Shown: positions 29,820-40,235, numbered from the stretch's first letter. The stretch: 64,000 nt of DNA from an uncultured cyanobacterium (GCA_963749915.1 CAVVOP010000021.1:64001-128000), one strand, 5' to 3'. Numbers and translations are program-made. The notes: generated from the letters alone by a model not told the origin.

Positions 29820-30527
29820 ATGAAAACTTTTTCTGTGCTTAATTTACCAGTTCATTTGAGCGATAATTATGAAGATTTACTAATCAATCGCGTTGAGAAA
29901 GAAGAATCTACCCACGTTATCACCATGAATTCAGAAATGGCAATGATGGCACAAAAAAACCTCGAGTTGGCTAACGTTATCAAAAAAGCTGATTTAGTCG
30001 TACCGGATGGTTCTGGTATTATATTTTATTTATGGCGTAGAGGGCAAAAACAACAACGAATCGCAGGGATAGAATTAGCGACTTCTTTGGTGGAAAAGTT
30101 AGGTAAGAGAGGGAAAGACTATCCTCTCTGTTTCTATGGTGGTGCACCCGGGGTTACGGAAAAAGCGGCTAAAGCATGGCGGGAAAGGGTGCCGGGTATC
30201 AATATCACCTATAATCACGGTTATATCTCCGACTCAGAATTAACGGCTTGGTGTGAGACTGTTCAACAAATACAACCGAAATTGATCTTAGTAGGTTTAG
30301 GTGTTCCAAGGCAAGAGTTATGGATTGCCAATTATCGTCACTTAGCACCGAGTGCAGTGTGGATTGGTGTCGGCGGTAGTTTTGACATTTGGGGAGGGGT
30401 GAAAGAAAGAGCTCCAGAATTTTTCTGTAATAATAATTTAGAATGGCTATATAGATTATATCAAGAACCTTATCGCTGGAAAAGAATGTTAGCCTTACCA
30501 CGGTTTTTTCTCAGGGCAATTTTTTAA
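29820..30527 (+). CDS. WecB/TagA/CpsF glycosyltransferase
   Basis: VPDGSG, GLGVPRQE, GVGGSFD, LEWLYRLYQEP.R. Confidence 0.93.
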   Translation: MKTFSVLNLPVHLSDNYEDLLINRVEKEESTHVITMNSEMAMMAQKNLELANVIKKADLVVPDGSGIIFYLWRRGQKQQRIAGIELATSLVEKLGKRGKDYPLCFYGGAPGVTEKAAKAWRERVPGINITYNHGYISDSELTAWCETVQQIQPKLILVGLGVPRQELWIANYRHLAPSAVWIGVGGSFDIWGGVKERAPEFFCNNNLEWLYRLYQEPYRWKRMLALPRFFLRAIF

Positions 30528-30690
30528 CTGCCTTCTGCCTCCTGCCTCCTGCCTTTCAACTCCTGCCTTCTTTAAAGTAATGAACAATTAATGTAACTGC
30601 CGAGGTCATCAAATTTTAAGAAAAGACAACAACCTCGCATTTGAGAGCTTGGATCATAATAATAATAATTAAGCAATCAATCACAAATTC

Positions 30691-32505
30691 ATGGGATTAG
30701 CAAACTTAGTCAAAAAACCTAAAGGTAATTATATTAGGCGCAAAAGGAATACTAGAAATCCTGTTAGCAGTGAACAGAAAAAAGTTTGGTTAACCGTAGG
30801 ACAAAATGACCAACCAGTGTTTATTATGCTCTTAATTAGTCTTTTTCTTTTGGGGGCCATTGGCTTTCGTCTAGGATATCTACAAATAGTCGAGGGTGAC
30901 AAGTACTCTGTTAAAGCTGAGAATAACCGCACTAAGATTATGCCTAAACCCCCTGTTAGGGGTAATTTATTTGATCGCAAAGGTAAAATTTTAGCAGCAA
31001 CTCGACTATCACATTCCGCTTACCTGTGGCCTGTGGCCCAAAAAAAGGAGAATTGGCCCGAAGCAAAAGCGATGTTAGCCATCATCCTTCGCCTGTCCGA
31101 AGAAAAATTACAAAATATTTTAGAAAAAGAAGGTTATGATTCTCCTACTCTTGTACGCATCGCCCGTAATTTAACCCCTCAACAAATCACCGCCATTGAA
31201 GAAAATCGTAATTTACTCTCAGAAGTGGAAGTGGATACCGATACCGTCAGATATTACCCCCATAATAAAATTGGTTCTCATGTTTTAGGTTATACCAGAG
31301 AAATTAACGCTGACGAATTAAAAGAGCGTCAAAAAGAAGGTTATCGCCTGGGAGATGTCATCGGTAAAATGGGTGTAGAGGCTGGTTTTGAATCGAAGTT
31401 GCGGGGAGAATGGGGTGGGATTCTCATGGAAAGAGATGGCACGGGAAAAGTTATCCGTAAACTGGGCATCAAACAAGCTAAAGCCGGAAATGATGTTACT
31501 CTTACCCTTGACCTAGAATTACAAAAAGCCGCCGAAAAAGCTCTTGGCGATCGCAAAGGTGCAGTAGTGGCAATTGATCCCCGTGATGGAGCTGTATTGG
31601 CCATGGTAAGCTATCCGGCCTTTGATCCTAATATTTTTTCAGGAAGAATTACAGAACAACTCTGGCAAGAAGTACAAGCAAAAGGCTATCCTTTAATTAA
31701 CCGTGCCCTAATGGGTTTTCCTCCAGCTTCCACCTTTAAAATCGTCACCGCCACCGCCGGAATGGAATCAGGGAAGTTTTCCCCTAAAACCATTTTACCG
31801 ACTTATGCCTATCTTCATGTAGGGGGTACAGCTTTTGGAGAATGGAATCGGGCAGGATTTGGACCCATGGGCTTTGTAAAAGCTTTGCAATGGAGTAGTA
31901 ATACTTTTTTCGGGCAAATCGGTAACGGTGTGGGAGGAGAAACCCTGATAAAATGGGCTAGAAACTATGGTTTTGGCAGTAAGACGGGCATTGAAATCCC
32001 CGAAGAAACCCCCGGATTAATCGCCGATAATCAATGGAAAAAAGACCGATTTAACTGGGAATGGACAGTGGGCGACACCGTTAATATGTCCATAGGGCAA
32101 GGCTTTACCCTTGCGACTCCCCTACAACTAGCGGTCATGTTTGCTGTACCTGCCAATGGCGGTTATAAAGTTATCCCCCATCTCTATCAAGACAAAGCCA
32201 CCTATCTCAAAAAACGTGAATCCCTCAATTTAAAACCCCAAACCGTTAGTACCATTCGAGAAGGATTACGAGCAGTCGTAAATGGAGGTACAGGTACTAG
32301 AGCCAGTATTCCAGGAGTCGCCGTAGCGGGGAAAAGTGGTACAGCCGAAGCACCTCCGGGAAAATCCCATACCTGGTTCGGTGGTTTTGCCCCCTATGAG
32401 AAGCCTGAAATCGTCGTAGTTGCTTTTGTTGAACATTCTGGTGGAGGGGGTGGTTCAACGGCTGGACCTATTGTCAGACAAGTTTTAGAGGCATATTTCA
32501 AATGA
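30691..32505 (+). CDS. mrdA: Penicillin-binding protein 2
   Basis: RGNLFDR, PPASTFK (SxxK), SSN, KSGTAE. Confidence 0.93.
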   Translation: MGLANLVKKPKGNYIRRKRNTRNPVSSEQKKVWLTVGQNDQPVFIMLLISLFLLGAIGFRLGYLQIVEGDKYSVKAENNRTKIMPKPPVRGNLFDRKGKILAATRLSHSAYLWPVAQKKENWPEAKAMLAIILRLSEEKLQNILEKEGYDSPTLVRIARNLTPQQITAIEENRNLLSEVEVDTDTVRYYPHNKIGSHVLGYTREINADELKERQKEGYRLGDVIGKMGVEAGFESKLRGEWGGILMERDGTGKVIRKLGIKQAKAGNDVTLTLDLELQKAAEKALGDRKGAVVAIDPRDGAVLAMVSYPAFDPNIFSGRITEQLWQEVQAKGYPLINRALMGFPPASTFKIVTATAGMESGKFSPKTILPTYAYLHVGGTAFGEWNRAGFGPMGFVKALQWSSNTFFGQIGNGVGGETLIKWARNYGFGSKTGIEIPEETPGLIADNQWKKDRFNWEWTVGDTVNMSIGQGFTLATPLQLAVMFAVPANGGYKVIPHLYQDKATYLKKRESLNLKPQTVSTIREGLRAVVNGGTGTRASIPGVAVAGKSGTAEAPPGKSHTWFGGFAPYEKPEIVVVAFVEHSGGGGGSTAGPIVRQVLEAYFK

Positions 32506-32520
32506 TTGATAATTGATAAT

Positions 32521-32536
32521 CATTAGACCTCTTGCA
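32521..32536 (+). repeat. Left arm of a 16-bp inverted repeat (CATTAGACCTCTTGCA)
   Basis: Exact reverse complement at 34759-34774. Confidence 0.8.
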
Positions 32537-32680
32537 CAAGTCGGGGAATCGGGAATCGGGAAATTTTTAATCCAGAAAATCGACTCCCTACTCCTTACCT
32601 CTTGCTTCCAATTCTGGAAGAGAAAAAGAAACAATGGAAATTTGTGTCAAGATAATGATTAAGCAATTATCAAGGGAAAA

Positions 32681-34627
32681 ATGACACAAACAACAATGGC
32701 AAGTTATGGTTCATGGCGATCGCCTATTAGTTCTGATTTAATTGTATCTGATACCATTGGTTTAGGGGCAGTAAAATTTGACGGTGATAATATCTATTGG
32801 TTAGAAAGTCGCCCATCAGAAGGCGGTAGATCCGTGATCGTCAGTTTAAAAGAGGATAGTACAACGGAAGATATTACCCCCAAACCCTTCAATGTACGTA
32901 GTCGTGTCCATGAATATGGCGGTGGTGCATTTTTTGTTCATGAAAGCACAATTTATTTTACCAATTTTGCAGATCAACGGGTATATCTACAAAGAAAAGG
33001 AGAAACACCTCAACCCTTAACTGGTGAATCTTTCCTTCGTTATGCCGATTTTTCCTTCGATAAGCCTCGTCATCGTTTAATTTGTGTCGCCGAAGATCAT
33101 AGTAATCCTCATACTGAACCGGAAAATAAGTTAGTTACTATTGATTTAAGCACAGGAGAAGTGAAAACTCTGGTAAGGGGTGCAGATTTTTACTCCTCTC
33201 CCCGTATTTCTCCCGATCACTCTCGATTGGCATGGTTAGCATGGCATCATCCGAATATGCCTTGGGATAGTACAGAATTATATTTAGCCCATATTAACCC
33301 TGATGGTAGTTTAACCCATATAGAATTAGTGGCAGGGGGTAAAAATGAGTCGGTTTGTCAGCCGGAATTTAGCCCCAATGGCACATTATATTTTAGTTGC
33401 GATCGCCGTAATTGGTGGAATATTTATCGCCGAGAAAACAACGGAGAAGTCAAGTCATTGTACGCCTTGGACGCGGAGTTTGGTTATCCTCACTGGGTTT
33501 TCGGGGAATCAGTTTATGGTTTTGCCGATGAGAATACTATCATTTGTACCTATACTCAAGACGGTATTTCTCATTTAGCCAGTTTACACACCCACAATAA
33601 AAGCCTAACAGATCTCAATATTTCCTTTACCAATATTGCTTATTTACAAGTAAACGGTGATAACACTTTGTTTATAGGAGGCTCACCTACTCAACCCACT
33701 GGGGTAATAACAATCAATATTGCCACTGGTGAAACTAAAATTCTGAAACAATCAAGTAACCTACATATAGATACAGGTTACTTAACTCAACCCCAACAAA
33801 TCGAATTTCCCACCAGTAATGGTAAAACCGCTTTTGCATGGTATTATCCTCCGAAAAACAAGGATTTTTGTGCACCAGAAGGAGAATTACCACCTTTATT
33901 GGTCAAAAGTCATGGGGGGCCAACGGCGGCAACTAGTGCCAATTATAATTTAAGAATACAATACTGGACAAGTAGGGGTTTTGCTTTTGTGGACGTCAAC
34001 TACGGTGGTAGCACTGGATACGGACGAGATTATCGCCAGAGGTTAAATAAAAATTGGGGAATTGTCGATGTAGAAGATTGTATTAATGTTGCTAAATATT
34101 TAGTGCAACAGGGTCAAGTTGACGGGGAAAAATTAGCTATTTCGGGCGGTAGTGCTGGAGGTTATACAACTTTAGCCGCCCTTACTTTTCATGATACTTT
34201 TAAAGCAGGGGCGAGTTATTATGGTGTCAGCGATTTAGAAGCCCTAGCCAAAGATACCCATAAATTTGAGTCTCGTTATTTAGATAATTTAATCGGCAAA
34301 TATCCCGAAGAAAAAGCAATTTATCAACAGCGATCGCCTATTAATCACCTAGATAAATTATCATGTCCTCTGGCATTTTTTCAGGGATTAGAAGATAAGA
34401 TTGTTCCTCCAAATCAAGCAGAAATGATGGTCAAAGCTCTTGAAAAAAAAGGAATTAAAACAATTTATATCACCTTTCCTGACGAACAACATGGATTTAG
34501 AAAAGCTGAAAATATTAAACGAGCTTTAGACAGTGAATTTGAATTTTATGCTCTTATTTTTAATTATCAAATAGCTGATAAAATAGTCGATTTACAAGGT
34601 TTTCCCAATCCAAAATCCAAAATCTAA
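32681..34627 (+). CDS. S9 family (prolyl oligopeptidase / acylaminoacyl) peptidase
   Basis: YGSWRSPI, HGGPT, GGSAGG nucleophile, QGLED, EQHGFR. Confidence 0.93.
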   Translation: MTQTTMASYGSWRSPISSDLIVSDTIGLGAVKFDGDNIYWLESRPSEGGRSVIVSLKEDSTTEDITPKPFNVRSRVHEYGGGAFFVHESTIYFTNFADQRVYLQRKGETPQPLTGESFLRYADFSFDKPRHRLICVAEDHSNPHTEPENKLVTIDLSTGEVKTLVRGADFYSSPRISPDHSRLAWLAWHHPNMPWDSTELYLAHINPDGSLTHIELVAGGKNESVCQPEFSPNGTLYFSCDRRNWWNIYRRENNGEVKSLYALDAEFGYPHWVFGESVYGFADENTIICTYTQDGISHLASLHTHNKSLTDLNISFTNIAYLQVNGDNTLFIGGSPTQPTGVITINIATGETKILKQSSNLHIDTGYLTQPQQIEFPTSNGKTAFAWYYPPKNKDFCAPEGELPPLLVKSHGGPTAATSANYNLRIQYWTSRGFAFVDVNYGGSTGYGRDYRQRLNKNWGIVDVEDCINVAKYLVQQGQVDGEKLAISGGSAGGYTTLAALTFHDTFKAGASYYGVSDLEALAKDTHKFESRYLDNLIGKYPEEKAIYQQRSPINHLDKLSCPLAFFQGLEDKIVPPNQAEMMVKALEKKGIKTIYITFPDEQHGFRKAENIKRALDSEFEFYALIFNYQIADKIVDLQGFPNPKSKI

Positions 34628-34628
34628 A

Positions 34629-34730
34629 AGCGGTCGGACCCCGCGCCGCTGAAAGGCGCAAGCGGTGGAAGCCCGCGACGACGGAAGTCGCAAGGGAACG
34701 TCCACCAAGAGAGGGAATGCCGACCAAGAG
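34629..34730 (+). repeat. Two nested copies of the 51-nt structured repeat
   Basis: Inner copy 34661-34711 interrupts the outer copy (34629-34660 plus 34712-34730); each is exactly 51 nt. Confidence 0.85.
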
Positions 34731-34758
34731 ATCCAAAATTAACCGAGAAATCTATTTT

Positions 34759-34774
34759 TGCAAGAGGTCTAATG
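34759..34774 (-). repeat. Right arm of the 16-bp inverted repeat (TGCAAGAGGTCTAATG)
   Basis: Reverse complement of 32521-32536. Confidence 0.8.
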
Positions 34775-34903
34775 TTGGTTTTTAAGATAATATTTTTGTT
34801 TATTATTTATTTCATAAATGCCGTTAATTCCTTCACTGTCTAGGTTTTTGTCTTCCGTGTCTAGGTTTTATCCACAAAATTGAGATAAAACTTAATATTT
34901 CTG

Positions 34904-34932
34904 TTGACAGTTCTGAAAAAAAGAGATATACT
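34904..34932 (+). promoter_or_regulatory. Near-consensus sigma70 promoter
   Basis: TTGACA-N17-TATACT. Confidence 0.75.
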
Positions 34933-34938
34933 AACAAC

Positions 34939-35035
34939 TATGAAGGATGAAAATTCCTTTTCGGGTGTGAGGAAATTAAATAGAACAACCTTTGGGGTCG
35001 AAACATGGCAAGACTCCCAGGGGTTTTTCTTTTTT
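34939..35035 (+). ncRNA. Probable sRNA, PsrR1 (SyR1)-like
   Basis: Own promoter; 3' hairpin CCTTTGGGGTC-GAAACATGGCAA-GACTCCCAGGGG plus U tract; GAAACA..AAGACTCC resembles the recalled PsrR1 conserved core. Confidence 0.55.
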
Positions 35036-35050
35036 AGGGCGAAATTTACC

Positions 35051-36001
35051 ATGAGCAAGCAAAATCCATCTTTACCGACATCATTTGTAATTGTTACGGG
35101 CAGATTTATCTGGAAAAGTCTATGGCGGTTGATGATGTCTCAATTAGCACCTAGCGATGAGAAGGGAAGCTATAATCGTCCATCAAGTCAATTTCGTCAC
35201 CAAATCAATCAAGAAAAAGACAGTATTTATACGGCAGAAAAGGGGCGCTATTGTTTATATGTGGGGATAAGTTGTCCTTGGGCTCATCGTACTTTAATGG
35301 TAAGGACATTGAAAGGCTTAGAGGATGTAATAGACTTTTATGTCGTTATTCCCGCAGTAAATGAGGGGGGGTGGGTAATGACAAACATCTCCGAAAATTG
35401 CCGAACTTTGCGCCAACTTTATGAATTATCCCAACCCAATTATAAGGGACGTTGCACGGTGCCAGTATTGTGGGATAAAAAAACGAAAACTATTGTTAAT
35501 AATGAAAGTAGTGATATAATCACTCTCCTTAATAATGAGTTTAATAATTTTGCCAAAAATGCAGATTTAAACTTATATCCCGATGATCTGAAATGGAGAA
35601 TCGATCAATGGAATGAGAAAATTTATCATCATATCAATAACGGTGTTTATCGTTGTGGTTTTGCTCAAACTCAAGTAGCTTATGAGGAGGCTTGTAAAGG
35701 ATTATTTGCGACTTTAGATGAAATTGAGGTAATTTTGACTAATAATCTTTATTTATGTGGTGATAGACTAACTTTAGCAGACATTCGACTATTTACTACT
35801 TTAATCCGTTTTGATAAGGTTTATTATAGTTTATTCAAATGTAGCTTAAAAGCCCTGGCAGATTACCCTAATTTAAGTAGATATATTCAAGAAATTGACA
35901 ACTTACCAGGCATAAAAGATACCTATAATTTAACGGTTATTAAACAAGATTATTATGGTAATTTATTCCCTCTTAATCCCAGTGGAATTATACCTTTATA
36001 A
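35051..36001 (+). CDS. Glutathione S-transferase, glutathionyl-hydroquinone reductase (YqjG/Xi-class) type
   Basis: CPWAHR, TVPVLWD, IVNNESS, NNGVYRCGFA, ADIRLFTTLIRFD, NPSGIIP. Confidence 0.92.
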   Translation: MSKQNPSLPTSFVIVTGRFIWKSLWRLMMSQLAPSDEKGSYNRPSSQFRHQINQEKDSIYTAEKGRYCLYVGISCPWAHRTLMVRTLKGLEDVIDFYVVIPAVNEGGWVMTNISENCRTLRQLYELSQPNYKGRCTVPVLWDKKTKTIVNNESSDIITLLNNEFNNFAKNADLNLYPDDLKWRIDQWNEKIYHHINNGVYRCGFAQTQVAYEEACKGLFATLDEIEVILTNNLYLCGDRLTLADIRLFTTLIRFDKVYYSLFKCSLKALADYPNLSRYIQEIDNLPGIKDTYNLTVIKQDYYGNLFPLNPSGIIPL

Positions 36002-36094
36002 AATCTAGCTAATAGCTTTATGTTTGAAAATTGAACTCTTTTTCCATAGGGTTTTCAGGACTTTTTTGCATCACTGAGCTTCACAAGAGGATTT

Positions 36095-36745
36095 TTAACG
36101 CCTTCTTTCTTGTAATTTTTTATAGACATCTCTTAAGTTAACTTGGTGATAAGCTAAAGCTACTAAGGAATGATAAAATAAGTCGGCGATTTCTCCAGCA
36201 ATTTCTTCTGGGTTATCGTCTTTACAAGCCATTACCACTTCTGCTGCTTCCTCCCCAATTTTTTTCAATATTTTATTATCTCCTCCTTCATATAAAATAC
36301 AAGTGTAAGAACCTTCCACTGGATGCTCTTTCCGATCGCAAATTAACTTAAACAATTCCGATAAAGTGTCCGCAGGAGGTGGAGATTTAGAATGATCTAT
36401 ATGATGAAAACAACTTCTTTCGCCAGTATGACAAGCCACATCACCAATTTGCTCAATAGTCAATAACAAAGCATCACTATCACAATCGTAGCGAATAGTT
36501 TTTACTTTTTGAATATGCCCGGAAGTTGCACCTTTATGCCATAATTCTCGACGAGAGCGACTCCAATAATACGCCTCTCCAGTCTCTAAGGTTTTTTGTA
36601 ATGATTCTCCATTCATCCATGCCATCATCAACACTGTGCCGTCTAGATAGTCTTGAGTAATAACTGGTACTAATCCTTGCTCATTGTAGCTAATTTTATC
36701 AACGGGGATTGATTGACTTAGAGGAATTGAAGGATTAATAGACAT
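36095..36745 (-). CDS. hisIE: Bifunctional phosphoribosyl-AMP cyclohydrolase / phosphoribosyl-ATP diphosphatase
   Basis: [40 protein letters not shown]. Confidence 0.96.
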   Translation of the reverse strand: MSINPSIPLSQSIPVDKISYNEQGLVPVITQDYLDGTVLMMAWMNGESLQKTLETGEAYYWSRSRRELWHKGATSGHIQKVKTIRYDCDSDALLLTIEQIGDVACHTGERSCFHHIDHSKSPPPADTLSELFKLICDRKEHPVEGSYTCILYEGGDNKILKKIGEEAAEVVMACKDDNPEEIAGEIADLFYHSLVALAYHQVNLRDVYKKLQERRR

Positions 36746-36875
36746 GGGCCAAGAATGATTTATGATTAACTAGAATTCAGTTTTCTATAATCATATCAGG
36801 ACTAGGTGACAAAAATTTGGTTTTTCTGAATATTTAGGATTAGGAACAGAGAATAGTAGTTAGCCAGAAAATTTT

Positions 36876-37706
36876 ATGACAATTAGACCCCGTAAACAGT
36901 TTGGACAACATTGGTTAAAAAGTGAAAATGCTCTCAATCAAATTATTATTGCCGCCGAACTTAAAAGGAGGGATCGTATTTTAGAAATAGGACCTGGATT
37001 AGGTGTTTTAACCGAGAGAATTTTTCCCTATGTTGACAAATTATTAGCGGTAGAAATAGATCGAGATTTATGTAAGAAGTTAGTATTTAAATACGGTAAA
37101 ATAAGTAATTTTTTATTAATTGAAGGAGATTTTTTAGATCTAAATTTAAATAATATTTTACAAAAATTTAATACTTTTCAAAATTATAATAAAGTCGTTG
37201 CTAACATTCCTTATAATATCACAGGACCCATTATTGAGAAATTATTAGGTACCATTAGTAACCCGGCCGAAAAACCTTTAGAATCCATCGTTTTATTAAT
37301 TCAAAAAGAAGTTGGCTATCGCCTTGTTGCCAGTCCAAATAATAAGGTATATGGTGCGTTGTCAGTCAAAGTGCAATATTTGGCAGACTGTGAAATTTTC
37401 TGTGATGTACCAGCAAAAGAATTTTATCCCCGCCCAAAAGTTGACTCAGTGGTAGTGAAAATAACGCCTAAAAAAATAGATAACCCAGCGGATAATCCTA
37501 AATTTTTAGACAGTCTGATCAAATTGGGATTTGCAAGTCGTAGAAAAATGCTAAAAAATAATTTAAAATCTATTATTGAACCAAAAAAATTAACGGATTT
37601 ACTAACAAAATTAAAGATCAACGATCAAGCCCGTGCTGAAAATTTAAGTGTGTCAGAATGGATTAATTTAAGCAACGGTTTAAACCAAATGATTAAAGAA
37701 TCTTAA
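36876..37706 (+). CDS. rsmA: 16S rRNA adenine dimethyltransferase
   Basis: KQFGQHWL, LEIGPGLG, VANIPYNIT, PRPKVDS, RRKMLKN, RAENL. Confidence 0.96.
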   Translation: MTIRPRKQFGQHWLKSENALNQIIIAAELKRRDRILEIGPGLGVLTERIFPYVDKLLAVEIDRDLCKKLVFKYGKISNFLLIEGDFLDLNLNNILQKFNTFQNYNKVVANIPYNITGPIIEKLLGTISNPAEKPLESIVLLIQKEVGYRLVASPNNKVYGALSVKVQYLADCEIFCDVPAKEFYPRPKVDSVVVKITPKKIDNPADNPKFLDSLIKLGFASRRKMLKNNLKSIIEPKKLTDLLTKLKINDQARAENLSVSEWINLSNGLNQMIKES

Positions 37707-37886
37707 ATGAGCAATTTTGGGTACTTTTTGCCTCTTCTACAGTAGTTATGATAGTTAAGGAAAAGTCTTGATCTTATGACTATTTGGTATGTTACCTGAA
37801 AAGTTTCTTGCTATCATCAAAAAATATCCGGAAAATTTCCTGAGATCATAAATACAAGATTAAGTTCTCGAGCCTTGAGGAAGATT

Positions 37887-39173
37887 ATGAGTACAACAAT
37901 TGATCATGAGTCCAAGTTAACGTTCTTGGGACAACCTGCAGAGCAAGGCAGATGGTTCCTAATTCCTTTGGGGATGATAATTTTACTCTGCTTGGGAAGT
38001 GTGTATTCCTGGAGCATTTTTAGAACCCCCTTGGAAAATGAACTGGGAATTAGTGCGACTCAAAGTCTTTTGCCATATACCTTTGCTTTGGTTTTTTATG
38101 CGGCAACAATGCCCTTCGCTGGTTTTTACATTCCTCGGATTGGTACCCGTGTCACAACGGGGATCGGAGGTATTATCGTAGGCTTGGGCTACATTCTTTC
38201 CAGCTTTGCCACGGAGATCGGAAACCTAGTCTTCACCTACGGGGTTATTGCTGGCGCTGGAGTTGGTATGGCCTATGGTGTCCCCATGGTGGTCATATCG
38301 CGCTGGTTTCCTGACCAGAAAGGATTGGCTCTGGGATTGACGATCATTGGATTTGGGCTTTCGCCCCTGATCACCGCTCCTCTTGCCAACCAACTCATCA
38401 GTACCTACACGGTTCGACCCACCTTGCGTATTGCTGGTATCGCTTTTACAGTCATTATTCTAGCCCTGGCCCTGACTATGAAGTTACCGCCTAAGGGCTG
38501 GCATCCTCGGCCGAATGTCGCAACTTCTTCTACAGTGACCTCGGCCTCAGCCTACCCTAGGAACTTATTCAAGAGTCGATCTTTTTACGGGCTTTGGATT
38601 TGCTACGGCATTGGAACCCTAGTTGGTTTGAGCGCGATTGGTATTTCCAGTCCAGTTGGGGAGGAAATTATTGAGATCAATCCGACTGTGGCTGCTGGCA
38701 GTGTCTCCTTGTTTGCCCTGTTTAATGGAGTAAGTCGCCCGTTGTTCGGTTGGTTAAGCGATCGATTCAAGCCTCACCATATCGCCATTTTCTCCTATGT
38801 GCTGATCTTAATAGCCTGTGTATTAATGGTGAATGCTCGAACTGGCCAGATCGCCACCTATCTCATTGCCTTTTGCCTGTTTTGGTTCTGTCTTGGTGGT
38901 TGGTTGGCCATGGCCCCAACCATAACGCTGCGCTTCTTTAATCCTGACCAATATGCTCAAAACTATGGCATTGTCTTCACAGCCTATGGCGTTGGTGCTT
39001 TGATTGGAACGTTGGTGACGGGTCGCATTCGAGATTTATTTGGGTCATATAACTATGTGTTTTACCCGATGGCGTTTTTGGCGATTATTGGGATTTTTAT
39101 AGCCTGTATGCTGCTTAAACGGGAAAGATCCACAGTAGACCCCGTTCTGGATGAGAACATAAATCAAGAATAG
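37887..39173 (+). CDS. OFA-family MFS transporter (oxalate/formate/lactate type)
   Basis: GSVYSWSIF, RWFPDQKGLA.G, FNGVSRPLFGWLSDR, NYGIVFTAYG; about 12 TM segments. Confidence 0.88.
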   Translation: MSTTIDHESKLTFLGQPAEQGRWFLIPLGMIILLCLGSVYSWSIFRTPLENELGISATQSLLPYTFALVFYAATMPFAGFYIPRIGTRVTTGIGGIIVGLGYILSSFATEIGNLVFTYGVIAGAGVGMAYGVPMVVISRWFPDQKGLALGLTIIGFGLSPLITAPLANQLISTYTVRPTLRIAGIAFTVIILALALTMKLPPKGWHPRPNVATSSTVTSASAYPRNLFKSRSFYGLWICYGIGTLVGLSAIGISSPVGEEIIEINPTVAAGSVSLFALFNGVSRPLFGWLSDRFKPHHIAIFSYVLILIACVLMVNARTGQIATYLIAFCLFWFCLGGWLAMAPTITLRFFNPDQYAQNYGIVFTAYGVGALIGTLVTGRIRDLFGSYNYVFYPMAFLAIIGIFIACMLLKRERSTVDPVLDENINQE

Positions 39174-39206
39174 TGGATGATTAACATCAGTTAAGTACTG
39201 TAAATG

Positions 39207-40235
39207 TTAAACCATTTGCCACCTCATCTCTTGACCTGCCCATAAGGGAACGAGTCCAGATTCCAGAAAGGGAACTTCATCGGGTATACGCCAGGTTGTT
39301 TTGGTCAAAGTAATCTGTTCGGTATTGCGCGGGAGTTGATAAAAATCCGGTCCATAGAAACTGGCAAAAGCTTCAAGTTTATCAAGTAAATTAGCACTCT
39401 CAAAAGCTTCTGCGTATAACTCCATGGCATGCAGAGCGGAATAGCAACCCGCACAGCCACAGGAATTTTCTTTGCTATTGCGGGGATGGGGGGCGCTATC
39501 GGTGCCCAGAAAAAACTTGGGATTGCCAGATGTTGCTGCTTGCAAAAGTGCCAAGCGATGCTTCTCTCGTTTTAAAATTGGTAAACAATAAAAATGGGGG
39601 CGAATGCCACCTTGGAAGAGAATATTACGGCTAAATAGTAGATGTTGTGGCGTGATGGTGGCGGCGATCTTATTGGTTGCTAGGACAAACTGCACGGCAT
39701 CGGAGGTGGTAATGTGTTCTAGTACCACCCGCAGCTGGGGAAATCGCTGCTTGAGGGGAATCAAATGTTTCTCTATAAAGACCTTCTCGCGGTCAAACAC
39801 ATCAACATCTCGGTCTGTCACTTCCCCGTGCAGTAATAAAGGTATGTCTACCTGCTGCATCATTTCCAAGACGTGATCGCATTTACTAATGTCACTTACA
39901 CCGAAGTCTGAATTGGTGGTGGCACCGGCTGGATAGTACTTTACCCCTTTGACAAACTGGGATGCTTTAGCTGCGATAATTTCTTCGGGGCTGGTGTTAT
40001 CGGTGAGATAGAGTGTCATCAGTGGCTCAAACTGTTTGTCAGTAGGAATTGCTGCGATAATGCGATCGCGATAGGCAGCAGCATCAGCTACTGAGCGTAT
40101 TGGAGGCTTTAAATTCGGCATGATGATGGCGCGGGCAAACTGATGTACGGTATGTGGCAGAACTGCTTTGAGTGCCTCGCCGTCTCGTAGATGCAGATGC
40201 CAGTCGTCGGGTCGGGTTAGAGTAAGATTTTGCAT
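39207..40235 (-). CDS. pyrC: Dihydroorotase (E. coli-type homodimeric)
   Basis: PDDWHLHLRDG, MPNL, YPAGATTNS, EHITT, FLGTDSAPH; start placed at MQNL. Confidence 0.96.
   Translation of the reverse strand: MQNLTLTRPDDWHLHLRDGEALKAVLPHTVHQFARAIIMPNLKPPIRSVADAAAYRDRIIAAIPTDKQFEPLMTLYLTDNTSPEEIIAAKASQFVKGVKYYPAGATTNSDFGVSDISKCDHVLEMMQQVDIPLLLHGEVTDRDVDVFDREKVFIEKHLIPLKQRFPQLRVVLEHITTSDAVQFVLATNKIAATITPQHLLFSRNILFQGGIRPHFYCLPILKREKHRLALLQAATSGNPKFFLGTDSAPHPRNSKENSCGCAGCYSALHAMELYAEAFESANLLDKLEAFASFYGPDFYQLPRNTEQITLTKTTWRIPDEVPFLESGLVPLWAGQEMRWQMV

Noticed and set aside
34904..35050. N-terminal extension of the GST ORF and antisense ORF 34861-35058
   Set aside because: The region is better explained as promoter plus sRNA; the TTG 'start' is the -35 box.
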